Source: Gonapodya sp. JEL0774
Taxonomy: Eukaryota
DNA length: 64,000 nucleotides
Direction: 5' to 3'
NCBI GenBank assembly: GCA_027604505.1
Contig: JADIIX010000014.1
Span: forward strand, 1-64,000
Below, piece by piece: positions 13,065 to 25,339 of the stretch (position 1 is the first letter of the stretch; each line of letters begins with the position of its first letter). The position numbers and the translations under genes are program-made. The notes beneath the pieces were generated by a model, which was given only the letters and a program-made list of their open reading frames with translations, was not told where the DNA came from and did not search any database.

Positions 13065-14235
13065 ATGTCTTCCTCGTCGTCGTCTTCTACGCTCGCCGCC
13101 CCGGACTCGTCCTCCTCTTCTGACTTATCTGGACCCGAGTTATCCTCGCCGGTCCCCGGTCTTGAGACCCAACGCGCCCCGACTGTCCCCAAATCCATCG
13201 TTGTAGATGTCCTCTCCCGCTATCGGGTGGTCCGAGACAAGGAGCTTGTCCGAGAGATGCTCCGGCCTGTGGCAGAGATTACACCGGGACTCCAACTCCT
13301 TTCGGTCGCACACGGCATGGTATTGCCACCATCTGCACCGGGATACGTACCAACAGTGGAAGGGATGTATTCAGGACTTCCACTCTCACTGTCAAATTTT
13401 CAAAAGTACATGAACAAGGAGGGAAAGCCATATGGACGGAGCATCGTCAGTGATGCTGCCCACATCCTCCACTCAGGACAACTTCCGGCATCAGATCTGA
13501 GCACACCAGACAATGAGAAACTGAGGCTCCTGCTCAGTTACTTTATTACTCCACTCTCCGACATCTTCCGGGTTAAATCTGGCTTCTATGTCGAGTTTAC
13601 ATCAAAAGACCACGGAATTCAACTACCCCAGTCAAACCTTCGCGAGAATGTACAAATGCTACCATACACGGCAACACAAACATCAACTTTTATGGAGATA
13701 GGCACTGCTGCTGCTATTCACTGGATGGCCTCCTCAATGCCCAACAAGCCAGAAAATACGGTGCTCCCCGGGGAAACAAAGCAAGCAAGCTTAAGGTGGC
13801 TGAGAGGGTTGCGCTGTGTTGGTGCCCTGGATGCACTTGGTATTCAAGTGGTAATGCTTGTTATTCCGTGAGTATTCCTTGTGGCCTGTGGACACAGTTC
13901 TGATACATTTCTTGTGAAACAGACAATCCCCAGCTGCGGATCCAGTAAGGATGTCTTTTGTAAAGCCAAGCTCCACTGAGGCATCGAGGTGTTGGTATGA
14001 AGAGCGTATCAGGCAAGGTGCCTTTGCTAGAATGATCAAGAGTATGCAGGGAAAGAAGGTTAATCATCGCGACATACTCTTGGTTGCGGACTTAGTGGAT
14101 GCGTTGGGCGATGAAGCGGATGCCGATGAGGACAGTGACGATAGTGATGAGGAGGAAGACGATGGACAGGAAGTGCAAGACAAAGGAGAGGAGAAGGTCC
14201 TTGGCGGCACGATGTCTGTGGACGAGAGTGTTTAA
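13065..14235 (+). CDS. Uncharacterised 371-aa protein: Ser-rich N-terminus, globular core, acidic C-terminal tail; divergent from the TET/JBP gene
   Basis: ORF 13065-13867 plus intron 13868-13922 (GTGAGT...AACAG) joins in frame to 13923-14235, which contains DEDSDDSDEEEDD. No recognised domain. Confidence 0.7.
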
Positions 14236-15869
14236 GTACTTGGGGAGAGCGGGGGGGAACAGGAACAAGTGACAAGAGGAAGGAAATAGCGTTACTAGGC
14301 ACGCTCAATTGATCATCGAAGCAATGCAATGTTTTCTGCAATCACGACATGTGGCGTTTGGCAATGAAGTCCTTATGTAACTAGTGATATTGGATTTTCA
14401 CATTTCACATTTTCATGATTCGAACAGATCCCACCACGAAAATCATAGATCATCCTCCCTTCGTGTCGCCAGACCAACGTTCTACCCTCTGAGCTCTCGC
14501 CGGCCCCTGTTGGCTCGCCCGTGCCGGCCGTTCCCGTCACGCAAGAATGTGAGTTTCCCCCCGATCCACGCCGCTTTTCTCCTCGTCCATCGCCAGCCCA
14601 GTAGCTAATATTTTTTCGACTTTGTGTCTTGGTCTGCGTCTTGTCGGAGGGTGCTTGTGTCGAATCTCAGGCGATTGTCGGAAGTTCTACCAAACGAGCT
14701 GAGTTTCAAGGCGCGAAGTGGCACTTTTGTTTTCGGCGTGATCTTGAATCACATCAAACGTCTCTATTGCGATGTGCTCAACTTGCTGAGAACTGCAGTA
14801 CATCGTGCCGGCGGTTTGTCCAGGTTGCCAAACACTTTGATACTCGTTGAGTGGGAACAGAGCAGCGGAGTCAAGTCGCATATTATTATTATTCCATCGA
14901 TATTATTGCGAGGTGTGTCCTTACATTCTTACACCCAGGGCATGTTGAGTATTGGCTGAACTTATCTTCTCTTGCGGAGTCACCATGACCCAGAGTTCTA
15001 GAGGCATGAAATGGATTGTCCCCTCTGTAAACTGCAGTACAGTTTAAGTATTTCCCATGATTTGTGTGCCCCTTGATTAACAACCTTATATTTGAGCAAT
15101 CGCTATACAGAAAAAGCAAATCCCATCCATTTTGGTCAATAGGCAACGGGGTGTGGACCAAGCCACATACAGCAGATTCGCGTACGTCTTTGCGACTTTT
15201 TGTGTTGAAAGTCCCGGTGGCGGGATGAGATTCTGTTGGGAACGTGTTGTCGATCGGGCGCGAAGGATTGCCTTATCTGTGTGCTGTGGTCCTCCCCCAA
15301 TGATGTGTGAAGTGCTGTAATGGTAACAGCCCATTGCTCATTCCATTTTTCTGCTCACAAACCAAAGGTATCCGACAATGAGACTTTGCAATCCCGACTC
15401 TTCTTCTGGATTCTGCAATTTGCCTCCTTCTTGCGTTGTCATTTCCAGCTCGCAACAACACTCCCACTCACCTTCTCACAGACGATTCTGCCCTCTTTTC
15501 CATGTATCAGATTTCTATCACATGCCGCTTTGTTCTATGTCAAGCACTTGTTCAGGAGTGCTAGCTCCTAGAGCAGGAAGGGTGGGATTCCGTGTTTGCA
15601 ATGGCTTCTGGGGAGTGTGAACGCGGTAATGATAGCCAGAGCGGATCATGTGAAGGTCGAAGGAGAGAGCAGTTGCAGTGATTGGGGTTGCTCGGTGGAA
15701 GAACGTGAGGGGTGCTTTGTCAAGTGATTGACGATCACAACGATCGTGGCATCCTATGACGTCCATCACAGACCCATCTCCATTCTTCCTTTCACAGACT
15801 GATCCCACTCTGCCTCATGTGCGACATGTTGAGCGGGAGCCGAGGGAGGCGGGAAGGGGGGAGGGAGAA

Positions 15870-16290
15870 CGATACAAGGTGACTTGGCTGTGCGCGCCAC
15901 ATGGCCAGTTTGAACGAGAGAGTTACAAGTAAGCAACGGTGAATGATACCGTTATTCTCACCGAACCCTGAGCCCCTGACCCTCGCCATCCCCCCCCCCC
16001 CCCTGCCCCTGGAACAGGGCATCTGCCCTCACCTCCAGATCACTGATTCGTACCGCCCCCCCAAGTTTGCCCTACCTCCCTCGTATGTTGCATCGCCGAC
16101 CTCAATTCTGTCATCGCAAGTGCACCCGGGAATCTCTGTGGATGCAAAACGCTGCGGGCATGGGTGGCCGTGGTGGCAAGGAAAGGGAGTGTGGACACGG
16201 CAGCGGAGCTTGTGAAGGAAGCCGTGGGGATATGGGTAAGTTAGATCTGCTTGTGGCAGCTCCCGGTCGTTTGGCCGAACTTGGTGGTTT
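15870..16290 (+). pseudogene. Possible decayed DEAD-box helicase fragment
   Basis: ASPTSILSSQVH resembles motif Ia (APTRELASQIH) and DLLVAAPGRLAEL resembles motif Ib (DLLVATPGRL); they are in different frames. No DEAD motif seen. Confidence 0.3.
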
Positions 16291-17441
16291 GTGCTTTCCT
16301 GCTGATCCAACCGCGAATGCCTCGTCCTGGATCCTCTACCAGCTCCACCTACATCAAATTCCTGTCCACGCGGTGCTTAAAGACCACGACCAGCTCCTTT
16401 GCCGGAACAAGACGTTCGGGGCAGAGTGGTTGGAAGGAAATTGAAAGTGAGTTGTGTAGGTGCAATGGAAATGTTACCCCTCCCACCTCACATGAGCAAC
16501 TCACTACGTTGTTAGATGTGTTTAAGACGCACAGGTGAGTGCGCGAAAGTGCTTTGCTCCATCACAAACCTGACCTCGCCGTAGCCCCTTTCACCCACAT
16601 CTCAGTAATGCTCCCATCGTTGTCATTCACTAAACTCATCGTTCTAGTATCGGTGAGTGGGCAACGTGAATCGATGAGTGTACCAAGCAATTTTTTGTGC
16701 TTCCTCTATTGAACTCGACCCTCCGTGATTCGCGGTTTCTCGATCGAATTAAACGAGACTTAGATGTGCAGACACATAAATCGAGGGTCTCTCAGTATTG
16801 TCAACCCGATGGCGCCTGCGTTGTTTTCTGCTGGTTCCATGGACCCTCACTATGAATTGCCACATTAGCCACCACTGTGACTGCGTGGACACTGCAGGAT
16901 TAGAGAGAGGATCTACAGACAGTGTCAAAATGAATGTCTTTGCATTTTCCTAAATTATGCATGTCGTATCACAGTGAGATGATCATCGTATTTATCTGGA
17001 CTTGGTCATATATGAGAGAACACCTCAACTCCGAGCATGTCATATCTGTTGTCACAATTGAGCAAACCTGCCACGAACGTGATCCTTCACCACCTCACTC
17101 TGAAGCCCCGGGGTCGACAATCACCCTCCAAAGCCAGCATCCTTCTCTGAAATCACTTTGTGATCCGCGGAGCGGCTTCCTATGTCCACCGTATCATGCG
17201 ACTGTGGACGATGCGTCCGATGCCGGGAGGTTGGCGGCAAGGAAGTGGAAATCGTGGGATCCACGCATAAATATGCTTGAATCAATTGATGGATGATGTA
17301 TATGTGAATCACTTGATCATGATTGATGTATTGATGTATTTTACGTGTTCGGATGAAGATTGCCGAACGAGCCCCCTCAACCAAAAGTTCCAGCAGGCCA
17401 CAGCACTTCCCTTCACCCACAGCTAATCATTCAAGTTTCAA

Positions 17442-19911
17442 ATGATCCGGAAAGATCCAAAGAAACCGGCAACGCGTGGAAATACGTCCTTGCTTGCTTC
17501 GTCATCCGCTTCTCCCCAACCCCCTGCCGCTTCAAATAATGGCTCCTCCTCTTCATCTGTGAGCGCCCTCATGCAAGCGGAGCCAAATGCGACGAACGTA
17601 GCTTCAGTCGCTGGGACTCAGATTAGCAGTGACGCAAGTCGGAGCAGGGTTCGTTTCTCATTGAGAACCCAGCCCCTCCAGATCGCACTTGAGCTGAGCG
17701 CTCTTCTGAAAAAACTGAAAGGGCCGCACATTGATAGACAGCTGCAAGAGCAGCTCAATCAGCTGCAACAAAGGATAGAAGGGGCTCTTGGAATGGTGGG
17801 ATCAGAAAACATCAGTCAGGACGAGAAAAACGTCCTTGAGCTCGTTGCACTTTGCTCCGAAGCCAGGCTCATATCTGGAAGTACTAGCGGAAAAGCTTAC
17901 CGCGTGGCTATGCCACTAAACATCTCCGCAAGTCCCCTTGGCAAGAAGGTTGCTGATTTTCGGATGCATCTCAAAGAAAGTGCCTTGTACACGTCTGAAG
18001 AAGTGAGACTTCTGGATACGCCGATTCGATCGACCTCTCTCTCAAAAATAGAGGAGTACTATGAAAAGAAATATCAAAGAGAGGGAACAGTGAAGGCAGC
18101 ATTCGCCTCATTGTTCACAAACGTCGAGAATGTGAAATCCGTGTATAAATTTATCTTTTGTGAGTTAATTTGATCTGTGTGGACGCTTTGAGTGTGTCAT
18201 GCATTTTTGGGATTCACCGATTAGTGGACGGTCTTGCCGATGAGTTTCCTGAAGCCTACGCTCCTCCGGTCCACGCACCTCCGCGTCGGAGGCCGCTATT
18301 AGAGGCTCTTCGAAATACAATTACAACTCTGCTCCCTACAGTCGCTCGCTCACTGGAAACAATGGTGTGCCTTTTTGATTGTCAGATCTTAGCTTGAACT
18401 TACAGTGTCTTCTTTGGTATCAAAGATCTTCGGTGCTGTTAGCGAGGATCGATTTGTTTATTGGGTGCGTGTGGACAAAATCCTTTTCCGCGGAGCAATT
18501 ACCAAATGCTGGTGCTCATGCTCTTGGCATAGATCACTGAGTGGGTGTCAGATATGGCCCAGGGACTGGACAATTTACCTCCAAGAGTGGACAAGCGCTC
18601 AAAACTTATGAAGATCTCCGAGTTCTGGGCGGAGGAATCCCCACCAAAATTGGGCAAAGACGAGTTTTTTAGGTTCTCTCGCGTTCCGGGCCATCCAAAG
18701 ACGTACAACCTGGCAATCCGAAACCTCTCCCAGGATGGCAACGGTGTCATTTTAACAGTAAAGGAAGGGCAAGGATTGGTTTACGGGAGAGTTGGAACAC
18801 TTTCCGGACCGGAAGGCTACCGGACTGTTCCGCCAGGTGCCCCCCTTCTGCGTGTACTAGAGGAGACCCAGCGAACAAACAACGAGGTGGTCCAGTATAG
18901 GTTAGATGTGAGTTGCTGAAGGCCCGTTTGCATCCTTCCTAGCATTTATATTTATTTCTGTGGTGATGTGCACTTTAACAGCCATCGGCTTGGATCACGG
19001 TGGTGAGACATTTGTTTGTTTGTCTATTTTTGATGTCGGCCTTGCGAACTTCAACTCGATTGGTTAGAGAATTGATAACTTGATGCGAACACGACCCCCA
19101 TCAAGCCAGGACGAGGCACTGCTGTATTACGCACGTCTCGAACGGCTTGCCTTGCTCCAGCCCAGCCTATCCCCTGTCGGTACGCTGGCTCGCTATGTGG
19201 ACAAGGCTTACGGGAACCAGCAGATAACAGACGTTATCAGTGATTATAATTACGTGTGCGGGAGTGTTGATTGGGGGGCCTTGGCATTGGGTGAGCCCAC
19301 ATCGCACCAAGACCAAAAGCAGTTTTTTCAAATGTTTACATTTGATCTGCAATTGCTTGTAGATTTGAAAGGAGCAGATTCCCGGATTGTGACTTTGTCA
19401 GGTGTGCAACCTGAAAGGCCCTTGCCTGATTTGCCAACACCGGACATGAACAAGGCCCTCTTGTGTTCGGTAGGTGAAAAAACTTATTAGCCAGAACATT
19501 TTATGTTCCAACTGTTAAATTTATACCCATTCTCAGAGAATTCTCCAGTACCGGCATGATATTCCGAGTGATCTTTCCAAATTACTTCGCCTCTTTGTCG
19601 ATTTCGAGGGACTTTGCAGATTCCCCGATGAATTTCGCGGCGCATCAAGATTGTTTCTTCGACTGGAGCTGGTTGCACAACTCGAACTGATGGTCAGCCT
19701 GGCAAGTTCGCCACCAGCTCGCATTCTATTGGATACCCAACGTAGTGAGGTTTATCATTTTAAACTTTTGCATTCAAAGGCATTGATACTTCTCTTGATC
19801 AACAGCTCATCAACCTTAGCAGATTCAAATTTTCTTGATTGGCACCAACCGCCGATGCTGTATATGACTTGCCACTGTAGTCTCTTTCCATTTTCTTCTC
19901 AATTACACTAG
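17442..19911 (+). CDS. Large multi-exon hypothetical protein
   Basis: Consecutive ORFs 17442-18160, ~18220-18360, 18545-18908, ~19070-19470 and ~19535-19750 separated by GT-AG-like short introns. Protein-like composition, no recognised motif, 3' end uncertain. Confidence 0.6.
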
Positions 19912-20560
19912 CAGCTCTCCAATTAATACGTGTCGTCCGGAGATCCGCATACTGTCGTACCGTTAGCATTTGCACTGTGTGCGCTTCATGCAATACAGTA
20001 TGGTTCTAAGACGAACTTCCGTATTCTTTCGTGCATATATGCTGGTTAGTTTGTGTTTCAACGACGATCATGCGATGATCGCATGATGAGGAAAGTGCCA
20101 TTGCGAACCTGAAGTGAGCAAAGGCGATTGTATTCGTTCACAGTAAACGGGTGTTGTATGTCGGCAGAAAGATGCTTAACTTTCAATGAAATATCTACAG
20201 AGCCTTAGCAACGGCTTCTGGATTCTTCCATTTCTGTCATTAGCCCAGACACTCTAAAAATAAGATCTCAAGTACATATGGAAAAGCCACTGGATGTTCT
20301 CCAAGGATTCGCATGACAAGAGGACCATTCAATGCACCAAAACATACTGGAGAAACGTATGATATGATGTATCGGAAAGGACCTCTTGTACCCATCTCCA
20401 AAGATCTGCTTTCACGGTACATCGACAGGCATCGGCATGGATTGCTCATTCCAGCATATCTGCGACGTATACGGTCCCACCTGCTTCTGGTTCAAGCTGT
20501 GGAACACCACATGCCGACACCCTCTTCCACAACCAACCCACTGAAATCGTCCAGATCATC

Positions 20561-21990
20561 TTAGAAACCCGTTGTTCGCCTATCACCGGCCCGGTCAATG
20601 CACCAGTCCTCGTCGTGCTCGTGGTCGTAGCTCGCATCATTTTCCAGAAAGCGGTGGTCGACCAATATTTCTTGGGCGTCGGCCCCAGTGGTGCAGTCGT
20701 TCACCACACCCTCACCTCCACCAGAGCTGGACACATGTGGAAGTACGAACAGCGGTGACAGCACTAGTTTTATCGTGCGTTCAACATCGTCCGTGTCAAA
20801 GTTGGGGAGTTGCTCCACGACGGCGCGAGTATGACCGCGCCTGAATGGCAGCGTGAGTCGTGCCGTAATTGGTTGTCGGACCCGACAGGTTGCAGTGTCA
20901 GCGCGAGTCGTGCGTTAACTGTTTGTCGGACCCGACAGGTTGCAGCACGAGGTTGACGAGTCGGTCGACTTAGGGGTGGAGGTAGATTATGTGTGCGATG
21001 ACGCCAAATCGCACCCACCGCACTTCGTACATCACCACCACACCCGTCGGCAAGCAACTCAAGCGCTGTAGTGTCCGTGTCAAGTCCCTCATGCGTTGCG
21101 ATCCGCTCCAGCGCCCTTCGCGGCAAATGTCCTCGCAACGAATTTGTAACTCAATCTCCGCAAAACTTTCCCGCCAGTACCGTCCGGATCTCACATCGAC
21201 CGGCACGACACTTTTGTGCGTGAAGGCACCACTGAGCTTGGCTCCAGCTCCACGTCTACATTGCTCTTCGAGAAAGCCCCGCCCCGATTGGACGTGACAA
21301 TGACAAACGGGTTTCTGGAGCGTGGGGAGCTAATGTATGATGTGAGAGCCGCACGAAACGCAGTTCGGACCGTAGGGTGTGAGTGGTTTGTGAGGTCATC
21401 AAGAAGGACAACGCGGGGGCGGCTGGATGATTGGTGTGGGTCCAGTGCAATTGCAGGTGCGAGACCGCCGCCACCATCGTCGTCCACAGGTCCAATCCCT
21501 CCATCCACGAACGCTAACGCTGGATACTTGTCCGCCTGTCTCAAGAGCTCCTGGTCACTGTCCTATTGAAATCGTCCGGCGACCACAACTGAGGCCTCCA
21601 CACCGCGCCCACGTCTCTGTCATTTTCCTGAGCACGTGTTTCAAATGATGCATCATCTACCCCCGTGACCCATTCGACGAGCTCAATATCCAGGGAACGA
21701 AGGAGGACCCGGACGGTAGTTTATTTGCCCCCGCTGGAAGGACCGTGAAGAAGAAGGATGCGGGGCTTGGGTTCCACAGATGTGCCAATTTTGGGTAGGT
21801 GTGAGTCACACTGAAGGCGATGATGAGGTGGGACACGGGGTCGCTCACCTTGGCCCCCACCTTGGATGGCTCTCGGAAACCACTCCTTTCGGCTACCTTC
21901 TTCTTCCCTGTAGCCAGATGAACTTCACGTGATGGCTCGTATTTGTCGTACGAAAGGGCTCCCGGAATTTTCGCAGAAACCAATACCAAG
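20561..21990 (-). pseudogene. RAD17: Rad17/Rad24 checkpoint clamp-loader (RFC-like AAA+) pseudogene
   Basis: YDKYEP...KKKVAE N-terminal motif; ILLLHGPSSGGK*TTVRVLLRSLDIELVEW (Walker A with TAA at 21721-21723); LRQADKYPAL; Walker B VVLLDDL; LERIATHEG...GGDVRSAV (sensor-2 region). Several frameshifts. Confidence 0.8.
20849..20945. repeat. 50-bp-period tandem duplication containing palindrome TGTCGG-AC-CCGACA
   Basis: 20849-20895 versus 20899-20945: 47 aligned nt with 5 mismatches; TTGTCGGACCCGACAGGTTGCAG is identical in both. Confidence 0.9.
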
Positions 21991-23423
21991 GGTCAGCCCG
22001 GGGAAGGGAGGGGTATGGAGGCAGAGGGATGGGAGAGGTGCGATAGCGGTGCCCCTTGCAATGGTGAATGGGAGAGGGGCCATGGGAGATGTTGCGGGGT
22101 AAAGAAGAGAGAGGAGACGTGTGGGTGAAAGTAACAGGGAGGGAGGGAGGCATAGCAGGGAGAGCGAGGTGGAGTCAGTGGGAGACACCGATCCACGGGA
22201 TACAACAGCTTTGATCATCTGAAAACGATATTTTCAAACAAAAATTCTCTCACTTTGTCCCTTCTTTCTCTCTCTGCACTCCCCCTCCTAACACTCTTCG
22301 CTCGCTTCTTCCCCGTTTGGCACTGCCCACCTGCCACCCCTCTTTCCACATCACCCGCACGTTTGGGACCAGACGTACTTTGTCGGGTAACAACAACGAT
22401 CCAGCAAAAGATATATACTCGATGGAAAGTTATCGGTGGAAATGGTTGCGAGACGGACCTTGTTGGGTGTGGAGACGCAACCAATCGGATGTTTAGAGAG
22501 GTCTAAGTTTTCATGCTGCGCCGTCGATTATTTCGATCCAGTTCATACTCACCTTCAGAAAATAAATTTCCATTGAAGCTGCAATGTCCCAATCATGTGC
22601 GACCCATTCGTCGGGTGGAGCTTCTGATCGCGGATGTGGCAGCGCCGCGTAAGCAGGCACAGGAGGAGCGGATGAGCCATTCACGACTCCAGGAATCACG
22701 TTGAAGGACTGCTTATCCCCCGTCCAGTGACAGACGGTATGAAGGAGAGCGGATGTTGCAGCGAAGCGAAGCTTACACGCCAGGAAGAGGGATGATTCCA
22801 CTGGTTCCGCGCCCATCAGAATTTAGCAGCCGGTTCAAAACATGCCGGAAAACAGCTTCATGAGCACCGACGCGAGGCGAGAAGTCGCTGTTGCCGATTC
22901 CTTGGCTCGCACCGCTGCACTGACGGATGTGGCCACGATCATCAGCTCCACCAAAACCGCGAGCTGCCATTCAGCTAAAACCTCAGACATTCTGAGTAAG
23001 CTTTCTTTACCACGTGCTTATTTTGACAGTGCGATTGTGGCTTAGTACTGTAATTGGTGTTGGTTACTACGGTTGTGCCTCTTTCGTTCACAATTGTTCT
23101 TACCGCACTTATATCTCAAAGATACAGAACGCACGTGTGGAGAGATTCTTTATTATCACGTGCCCGGCACTGTGTGAGAGTGTCAACTGAGTGGGCCTGA
23201 ACAGAGTGCACAGGGGATGTATCTCGGCGATCTCAGCGAATCGCATTATCTCTACCTCAGTAAATATTTTGAACTTCTATTCATAGCTTCCGGTAACAAT
23301 ACAATATGATCAGCCTCCGACTACGATGTTTTCCACGGAACAAAGGGAGCTGGAACTCATCTAGTCAAGAATACCGGAAATCAGCATGGAAGTCACGTGG
23401 GATAATCAATTGACACTCACTGC

Positions 23424-24476
23424 TCAGAATGGTCTTCCTTGGAGCTCAATTGCCCGTGCAACCGCTGCCTTTGTAGCTTCATCGAGATCTTCCTTGGGAA
23501 GTCCCAATGCGGCGTTGACCGTTCCCTTGCGATACTCAAACTCTCCTGATCCATCTGGATAGAAGGCGCGCGAGTAGAGAACTTTGACGAATCCCATGTA
23601 ATCACCTTTCTTCATCGCTTCAGCTCCCGCGAGGAATCGGTCCTTGCTCGCCTCGGTCGTGATAGTCCAATCGGAGCGCGCGGAGCCAGTGACACGGAGC
23701 AAAGAGTCCAGCATATCGTTTTGGTTGATGGTGAAGGAAGAAACGTACACTGCAGAGTTCTTGTAGCGCTCGAGTGTGGGCACGCTGGGGTTGGGGTCCG
23801 AGACTGGAAGACTCAGAAGAGCAGCGACATAACGACCAACCTGGGGCCACGTCGAAATTGTCATCTTGACGTTGCCATCATCGAAGAGAGTGGCAGATTT
23901 CTGCTGGATGTTGAAACCGAAGGCATCAGGCATCGCAAGACTCCACTCATACCAGAAGCCCGTCACAGCGGAGATGTAGGAGATGTTCTTGGTGTCCAGC
24001 CATCTACGGAAGTCCACGATTCGTTGAAAGACGGGGATATCTTCCAAGAATCCCGGTTCCGTGCCATCGATCCCCCACTCGTTCGGGAGAACCCATTGTA
24101 CTCCGGCCTCTATTGCCGCATCGACGAGCTTGGTTTGAGTGTCTGGAGGTGCCACAGCGCTCAAAGTAATGATCAAAATCTCTTGACCGCGCAGGGCTGC
24201 TACGAGAGAAGCGTGGTTGTTATAGTCCACCCGCGCGACGGCGACACCACCAGGGAGGGATGACGGGCTGTCAGTGCGAGTGAGAGCGGTGATGGTATGT
24301 TTTCCAGTCTTGAGCAGCTCTGCAACGATGTATTGACCAACGTGTCCGGAAGCCTGGCAAGATGAGCCCAGAGACAAAGTCAGCCGCTCCGCAACAAAAC
24401 CTTTGCGAGTCCGAGACAGGATCTGAAACTGATGGCAATACAAACGCACTCCAACAATGGCAACTTTGGTGAGCAT
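23424..24476 (-). CDS. NmrA-like / isoflavone-reductase-like NAD(P)-binding oxidoreductase (CipA type)
   Basis: Removing the 96-nt in-frame intron 24354-24449 gives KVAIVGASGHVG (Rossmann GxxGxxG); also PNEWG, TGFWYEWSL and STWPQVGRYVA. Confidence 0.92.
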   Translation of the reverse strand: MLTKVAIVGVRLYCHQFQILSRTRKGFVAERLTLSLGSSCQASGHVGQYIVAELLKTGKHTITALTRTDSPSSLPGGVAVARVDYNNHASLVAALRGQEILIITLSAVAPPDTQTKLVDAAIEAGVQWVLPNEWGIDGTEPGFLEDIPVFQRIVDFRRWLDTKNISYISAVTGFWYEWSLAMPDAFGFNIQQKSATLFDDGNVKMTISTWPQVGRYVAALLSLPVSDPNPSVPTLERYKNSAVYVSSFTINQNDMLDSLLRVTGSARSDWTITTEASKDRFLAGAEAMKKGDYMGFVKVLYSRAFYPDGSGEFEYRKGTVNAALGLPKEDLDEATKAAVARAIELQGRPF

Positions 24477-25339
24477 TTTGCTGTCGTTTATTTCTTTGAG
24501 CTAGATAATATGATTATCGAAACATCGCTTTATAAATCGCTCTATATTGTGCATGGTGCCGTTTAAAAGTCTTTTACCGACCTGTCTTGGCAGAATGCGC
24601 GAGATGATGAAACGCCGCCCAGGCGGAAAAACCTATTTGTAACACTGTAAGCACTGAAGGGATTGCGTTGGGACGAGAAGAGTTAACCGACGCTGAGAAC
24701 GGTGTTCTCATATGAGTAGTTGCCCTAGGAGATATGGTCAGTATCGGCAATCCAGTGCTAAAATGATTTACGTGACTGGAGCTTTTGGATCTTCAGCGCG
24801 AGGGTGCCTTTCAATTATTTTCAGCTTGCGATTTTGCGTCACACCGGTTGAAGTTACTGAACGAACCGGAAGTTTGGGAGAGACAAGGGTCAGACTTGAA
24901 GTGGAACGAAGAGTAGGCTGGGCATGTTTTGACTTCAAATTACTTTGAAATTATGACTACATGGCTATAGTGTTTTGGCCAAGTTGGTCTTGAGTCTGTT
25001 CGCTCCTGCAACTTGGAGTCAAGGAATCACGCCCACATCCTCCGTCATCTCATTTTCGTAGAGAAATCGACGTACAAAAATGGATTTTGACTTTTCTTCC
25101 CAACGAGTGGGGAGAACGGGGGGGGGGGCACGGAAGATATGTGGTATGGTGTCTTTCGATGGCTCTCTCTGTCTCCCACCCCTCTCATCGTTGCACATGC
25201 CATTGTATATCATGTGTAGAACAATTGTTGATCTCGTTCTCGTGACATGTCTTACTCTAACCAGAGCGGTACAAGTGTCAACCTTTCTACGAATTTCACC
25301 ATTGTATTTGAACTACACTGTCGTCTACTTGCGTTCTGA

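Noticed and set aside
14415..14550. MIRTDP start resembling MIRKDP at 17442 (possible paralogue)
   Set aside because: The similarity is limited to about six codons and the frame closes quickly.
10700..16600. KDZ/Plavaka transposase or TIRs flanking the TET/JBP gene
   Set aside because: Manual translation of the flanks showed no CxC or KDZ catalytic motifs, and no terminal inverted repeats were found by eye; a decayed copy cannot be excluded.
20849..20945. CRISPR-like repeat-spacer
   Set aside because: Only two units, the 'spacers' are similar to each other, the context is eukaryotic and there are no cas genes.
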